From Chloroflexia bacterium (lineage in GTDB: Bacteria; Chloroflexota; Chloroflexia; QHBQ01; JADMIH01), in the NCBI GenBank assembly GCA_035274425.1, contig DATEOC010000092.1:3562-67561 (forward strand): a stretch of DNA of 64,000 nt, in the 5' to 3' direction. The stretch's first letter is position 1. Every line of letters begins with the position of its first letter. A program made the translations under genes and the position numbers. Shown here one piece after another: positions 59,597 to 64,000 of the stretch. Below the pieces are notes generated by a model, which was not told where the DNA came from, ran no database searches, and saw only the letters and a list, made by a program, of their open reading frames with translations.

Positions 59597-61945
59597 ATGG
59601 TAAAGCTCAGGGGCGTCACAACCACACGCGAGCGCTCTGGACTTCTCGCGCTGGCGCTTGTGACTCTGCTCATGCTAGTAATGATGTCAGGCAAGGGAGA
59701 GAACGTCGCGGGTGCGGGTACTTCGGCAAGTGCTGCCGCAATGCCCTCCGCAGACACCCTCAGCAAGATCAGCGCAGAAGTCTTTCAGGACACCGCGAAT
59801 GGTAAGAGCGCTTCCTTCTTCGTCCTCATGTCGGACCAGGCCAACCTCAGCGCCGCTTATGGCATGAAAGACCAGGACGCACGCGGTTGGTATGTCTACA
59901 ACACCCTTACCCAGCTCGCCGACCGCACCCAGGCAGACATTCGCGCTACCTTGAGGTCCGCAGGGGTCCAATACCGGGTCTTCTGGATCGCCAACGCACT
60001 ATTCGTGACGGGTGATCGCGCCCTGGTCGAGAGCCTGGCCGCACGCGTTGACGTGCGCCGGATCGAGGCCAACCATCCCTTCCAGGGGATAGACCCCATC
60101 AGGGAAGCCTCCTCGCCTGTCATACCCAACGCACCCGAATGGGGCGTGCAAAACGTGAAAGCGCCCGAAGTTTGGGCGATGGGCTACAGGGGACAGGGCA
60201 TCGTAGTCGGCAACCAGGACACGGGCATGAGGTGGACCCACGAGGCCATCAAGCCTAAATACCGGGGCTGGGATGGCGCTACCGCCGACCATAATTACAA
60301 CTGGTGGGATGCTATTCACTCTGCCGACCCGCTCAATGCGTGCGGTTCCAGCTCCCCTGAGCCATGCGACGATGATGAATTACTTGGCGGAGGGCACGGC
60401 ACGCACACTACCGGCAGTGCGGTGGGAGGCGATAGCGTCAACCAGATAGGGGTCGCCCCCGATGCTAAGTGGATAGGGTGCCGCAATATGGAGCGCGGCG
60501 TGGGCGTGCCCGTGACCTACCTGGAGTGCTTCGAGTTTTTCCTCGCGCCGTGGGACCAGAACGAAGAGAACCCTGATCCAACGAAGCGCCCGCACGTGAT
60601 GAACAACAGCTGGGGCTGCGTCGAGGGGTGCCCACCTGAGCTGATACGCCCCGCGGTGGAGGCGTCGAGCGCTGCCGGCATCTTCGTTGAGGCCTCGGCG
60701 GGCAACGACGGCCCTACCTGCTCTACGGTGGCATTCGCTCCCGCTATGTTCGAGGCTTCGTTCGCGACCGGCGCGATTGACATCAACAATACGCTGGCGG
60801 AGTTCAGCAGCCGGGGACCCGTGGTCAGCGATGGCTCGATGCGCTTGAAGCCTAATTTATCGGCTCCCGGCGTGGACGTTCGCTCATCCCTGCGAGGGAG
60901 CGACAACGAGTATGGCAACCTGTCGGGAACGTCAATGGCAGGGCCACACACTGTTGGCGTGGTCGCGCTCATCTGGTCGGCGCGTCCCGACCTGGTGCGC
61001 AACATCACGGAAACAAAGACATTGCTCCAGGGCTCGGCCAATCCCGACGTGATAGTGGACACACAGCAAACACCGGACTGCGGCGGCACTCCACCTGAGG
61101 CTATCCCGAACAACTACTTCGGCTGGGGACGGATAGACGCTTTCGCGGCTCTCAACAGTGCGGAGGCTACCGTAACTCCGGGCGCGACCGTCACACCGCA
61201 GCCTACCTTTACGGTCGGCACGCCGATGCCTACGCGCACTCCGTCTACACCTCTCCCCAGCGCGACCCCCAGGCCACCCACCAATACTGCCGTCGCGGCC
61301 ACAGCTACCTCCTGCACTATCAGCTTCTCCGATGTGCCATCAGACCACACCTTCTACTCATTCGTCAGATGCCTCGCTTGCAGGGGTATCATCTCTGGCT
61401 ACTCCGACGGCACCTTCAAGCCCGGTAACGACATCACCAGAGGGCAGATAGCCAAGATGGTATCTAACTCTGCCGGTTTCGATGAGGACCCAGGTCCTCA
61501 AATATATGAGGACGTTGACCCCGACAACCCCTTCTACGCATGGATCAATCGGCTGTCGATGAGAGGACACATGGGAGGCTATGACTGTGGATTGGTGCTA
61601 CAGGAGCCATGTGTCCCTCCTAGCAATAGGCCATACTTCCGACCTTACTCTAGCTCCACTCGCGGGCAGTTAGCTAAGATAACCTCGAATGCAGCAGGGA
61701 TAGGAGGCACGCCCACAGGTCTGTATTATACAGACGTAGCTGAGGAGAATCCCTTCTACATATGGATAATGCGCCTTACCGAGCTAGGCACAATATCCGG
61801 TTACCCATGCGGCGGAGAGGGCGAGCCATGCGATGACCAGGACCGGCCATACTTCCGTCCCTTCGCCAACGTGACGAGAGGACAGGCATCCAAGATAGTG
61901 GCTTTCACCTTCTACCCTAACTGCCTGACGCCTTCGAGGCGCTAA
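59597..61945 (+). CDS. S8 (subtilisin-like) serine peptidase with three C-terminal SLH domains.
   Basis: Catalytic triad contexts 'VVGNQDTGM', 'HGTHTTGSAVG' and 'GTSMAGPHTVGVVAL'. C-terminal repeats 'FSDVP..H.FY..V..L...GIISGYSDGTFKP' match the SLH pattern. Confidence 0.85.
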   Translation: MVKLRGVTTTRERSGLLALALVTLLMLVMMSGKGENVAGAGTSASAAAMPSADTLSKISAEVFQDTANGKSASFFVLMSDQANLSAAYGMKDQDARGWYVYNTLTQLADRTQADIRATLRSAGVQYRVFWIANALFVTGDRALVESLAARVDVRRIEANHPFQGIDPIREASSPVIPNAPEWGVQNVKAPEVWAMGYRGQGIVVGNQDTGMRWTHEAIKPKYRGWDGATADHNYNWWDAIHSADPLNACGSSSPEPCDDDELLGGGHGTHTTGSAVGGDSVNQIGVAPDAKWIGCRNMERGVGVPVTYLECFEFFLAPWDQNEENPDPTKRPHVMNNSWGCVEGCPPELIRPAVEASSAAGIFVEASAGNDGPTCSTVAFAPAMFEASFATGAIDINNTLAEFSSRGPVVSDGSMRLKPNLSAPGVDVRSSLRGSDNEYGNLSGTSMAGPHTVGVVALIWSARPDLVRNITETKTLLQGSANPDVIVDTQQTPDCGGTPPEAIPNNYFGWGRIDAFAALNSAEATVTPGATVTPQPTFTVGTPMPTRTPSTPLPSATPRPPTNTAVAATATSCTISFSDVPSDHTFYSFVRCLACRGIISGYSDGTFKPGNDITRGQIAKMVSNSAGFDEDPGPQIYEDVDPDNPFYAWINRLSMRGHMGGYDCGLVLQEPCVPPSNRPYFRPYSSSTRGQLAKITSNAAGIGGTPTGLYYTDVAEENPFYIWIMRLTELGTISGYPCGGEGEPCDDQDRPYFRPFANVTRGQASKIVAFTFYPNCLTPSRR

Positions 61946-61963
61946 TCTACGATAGACGCGAGA

Positions 61964-62020
61964 AGGTGAGACAAGGAAAGAGCCGAGACTTGTAATCTCG
62001 GCTCTTTCCTTGTCTCACCT
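61964..62020. terminator. Perfect 25-bp stem-loop after the S8 peptidase gene, with no U-tract.
   Basis: aggtgagacaaggaaagagccgaga - cttgtaa - tctcggctctttccttgtctcacct. Confidence 0.45.
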
Positions 62021-62107
62021 TGCGAATAATGTTAAGACGTCGATTTGCGCGTGATATAATATGCCCGTACACCTACTATTCTTTTCTTTACTCGACACAC
62101 CAAACAA

Positions 62108-63325
62108 GTGATGACACCAGAGCCGCGAAAACATACTGTCTACCTTCCTTCCCTCAGCGGAGGCACTGCCTTCGCGCGCCTGTCGCGGCTGTATGAAATC
62201 GTGCGCTCCCTAGCCTCCATCACCGAGCTTGACAGGTTGCTTAACCAGATCGTGGCTTCAACGGCGGATATGCTTGAAGCGCATGGGGCGGCGCTTCTGC
62301 TGGCAGAGAACGAGAGCGGCAACCTCAAGGTGGAGGTAACATCGGGAAGGAATATCGCCCACTTCAAGAATAGTGTGCTTAGCGTAGATGACCGTAGCGT
62401 GGAGGGGAGAGTCGCGCAGATCGGTGAGCCGTGTATCGAGAACCTCGTTGAGTATAGCTCTTATCTTTTCGGGCAGGCGGGCCAGCTCACGGAGAACAAG
62501 GCGCGCAAGCTGGTGTGCGTGCCCCTGAAGGTGCAAGAGCGCGTCACGGGAGTGCTTGAGGTACTCGACAAGAATTCGGGTAAGGATTTCAACGAGGAAG
62601 ATGTCAAGCTGCTGGAGGCGCTGGCCGATACCGCCTCGGTAGCCATCGAGAATGTGCGCCTCTACGAAGAGGAAAAGCGCCAGGCACAACTCCTGACGCA
62701 CGCATACGAGGAGCTACAGAATACCTATAAGGCGACGTTGCAGGCACTCACCGGCCTGCTGGACTTGCGGGACGACGAGACGCACGGCCACAGCCTCCGC
62801 GTGGTCGCATACACCCTCCGGCTGGCCCAGGAGATGGGAATTGACGACCCTGAGCGTCTGCGCAACATGGAGCAGGGCGCGCTCCTCCACGATGTGGGGA
62901 AGGTGGGTGTCGCGGACTCGGTGCTGCGCAAGACCGCCAAGCTGGATGACATCGAGTGGATGGAGATGAAGGGGCACCCGGAGCTGGGTTACAGGATGCT
63001 CAAGGATATAGACTTCTTGAAGGAAGCACTGACGATTGTGCGCTACCACCATGAGCGCTGGAATGGCAGTGGCTATCCAAAGGGCCTCAAGGGGGAGCAG
63101 ATACCCCTGGATGCCCGCATCTTCGCTGTGATAGATGCCTTCGACGCCATCACCAGCGACCGCCCCTACAGCCGCGCTCGCTCCTACGAGCAGGCGACAG
63201 AGATAATAATCAGGGACAGCGGCGTGCTCTTCGATCCACAGGTAGTGGAAGCGTTCCTGCGAGTGCCCAGAGATGAATGGCAGGAGATACGCGAGCAGAT
63301 AGCTTCAACAGCCAAGCCGCGCTAA
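62108..63325 (+). CDS. Protein with GAF and HD-GYP domains (c-di-GMP phosphodiesterase-type).
   Basis: The HD-GYP region reads 'ALLHDVGKVGV...VRYHHERWNGSGYPKGL'. The N-terminal region is GAF-like. Confidence 0.85.
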   Translation: MMTPEPRKHTVYLPSLSGGTAFARLSRLYEIVRSLASITELDRLLNQIVASTADMLEAHGAALLLAENESGNLKVEVTSGRNIAHFKNSVLSVDDRSVEGRVAQIGEPCIENLVEYSSYLFGQAGQLTENKARKLVCVPLKVQERVTGVLEVLDKNSGKDFNEEDVKLLEALADTASVAIENVRLYEEEKRQAQLLTHAYEELQNTYKATLQALTGLLDLRDDETHGHSLRVVAYTLRLAQEMGIDDPERLRNMEQGALLHDVGKVGVADSVLRKTAKLDDIEWMEMKGHPELGYRMLKDIDFLKEALTIVRYHHERWNGSGYPKGLKGEQIPLDARIFAVIDAFDAITSDRPYSRARSYEQATEIIIRDSGVLFDPQVVEAFLRVPRDEWQEIREQIASTAKPR

Positions 63326-63647
63326 CGTCGTTCAAAAAACAGGAAATCCAGACGATCCGTGAGGACCCTCTGGATTTCTGTTCCTCCGAAGCTCCGGGCG
63401 AACCCGTAACCTCGAAGTAGCTTGATTATAGGGGATGCTCTCTGGCGAGTCAATAGCTCATTCTCGGACTTTTCCACATCCGTAGAGCAATTGGAAGGGG
63501 CTGTTACCCTTCCTCTCGTGCGCGGCACATAAAGTGGGAGAGAATACTCCTTGAGACGGTGGTAGACCCTCTCCACAGGTGCTATATTATTCGGATGTAA
63601 CGCAAATATCCCTTTCCCTTTACCCTCAGAACAGGAGCATATATAAG

Positions 63648-64000
63648 ATGATTGACACGGCTGTAGAAAAAAGAACAGGCGCGGAGGATGTTATCTGGGA
63701 CCTCTCTATCTTCTATTCGGGCGTGGACGACCCGGCGATAGGGGACGACATGGAGAGGAACCACGCGCAGGCCGACAGATTCGTCACCAGTTATAAAGAC
63801 CGGGTTGCCGGGCTGAGCACAGAAGAGATGCGCAAGGCTCTGCAAGAATATGAAGAGATTCAAGACCTGATGGGGCGCATAGCCACCTTCGCCTATCTCA
63901 CCTTCAGCGAGGACACCAATAACCCGCAGTACGGCGCGCTCGTCCAGTGCTTCTCTGAGCACCAGGCGGCGGTTGACCAGAAGCTCGTCTTCTTCAACCT
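63648..64000 (+). CDS. pepF: M3B oligoendopeptidase F. N-terminal part only, as the window ends.
   Basis: 'DLSIFYSG...AQADRFVTSYKDRVAGLSTEEMRKALQEYEEIQDLMGRIATFAYLTF' matches pepF N-termini. An AGGAGC RBS is present and there is no stop before 64000. Confidence 0.7.
   Translation, partial: MIDTAVEKRTGAEDVIWDLSIFYSGVDDPAIGDDMERNHAQADRFVTSYKDRVAGLSTEEMRKALQEYEEIQDLMGRIATFAYLTFSEDTNNPQYGALVQCFSEHQAAVDQKLVFFN

Noticed and set aside
63322-63962. Minus-strand ORFs 63322-63576 and 63582-63962 overlapping the pepF start.
   Set aside because: The plus-strand pepF N-terminus has a clear homology pattern and an RBS. The antisense ORFs lack both.

Overview
This 64-kb window is high-GC bacterial DNA whose gene content suggests a Chloroflexota-like or other large-genome multicellular-type bacterium (inference only: many TPR/CHAT/NACHT proteins and an SLH-anchored protease). 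Most of it is accessory or defence-island DNA; there are no rRNA genes, complete tRNA genes or CRISPR arrays.

- **About 1-9.7 kb:** two paralogous TPR-CHAT (caspase-like) proteases lie convergently, one fused to and one translationally coupled with a YbjN-like domain protein.
- **About 10.4-13 kb:** an ECF sigma factor gene sits next to an anti-sigma-like membrane protein with a beta-helix ectodomain.
- **About 14.7-38 kb, a dense defence island:**
  - a bacterial NACHT (bNACHT) protein with HEAT repeats;
  - a second STAND NTPase with an N-terminal nuclease-like domain;
  - a five-gene same-strand cluster resembling DISARM but with non-canonical parts: a beta-class SPPF amino-MTase, a NERD-UvrD helicase, a large DrmE-like protein, a DrmA-like DEAH helicase and a DUF1998 DrmB-like protein;
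  - an overlapping PD-(D/E)xK / GIY-YIG-like nuclease pair;
  - an HhH-like protein and a zinc-ribbon protein.
- **39.4-40.5 kb:** a tyrosine integrase whose catalytic-Tyr C-terminus is out of frame, next to repeat clusters.
- **40.8-54.2 kb, a further accessory segment:**
  - a P-loop NTPase fused to more than 20 HAT/TPR repeats with near-identical tandem DNA repeats;
  - a membrane protein with a C-terminal Uma2-like nuclease domain;
  - an HTH-TIR protein;
  - a tnpB-only IS200/IS605-family element;
  - an Xre-RES toxin-antitoxin pair.
- **54.4-56.1 kb:** two truncated tRNA-3'-end-like direct repeats bracket a low-GC minicassette carrying a DUF4238 gene preceded by a G12 homopolymer.
- **The last 8 kb looks like core genome:** an SRAP/YedK peptidase, a P1/S58 peptidase, an SLH-anchored S8 subtilase, a GAF-HD-GYP protein and the start of oligoendopeptidase F.
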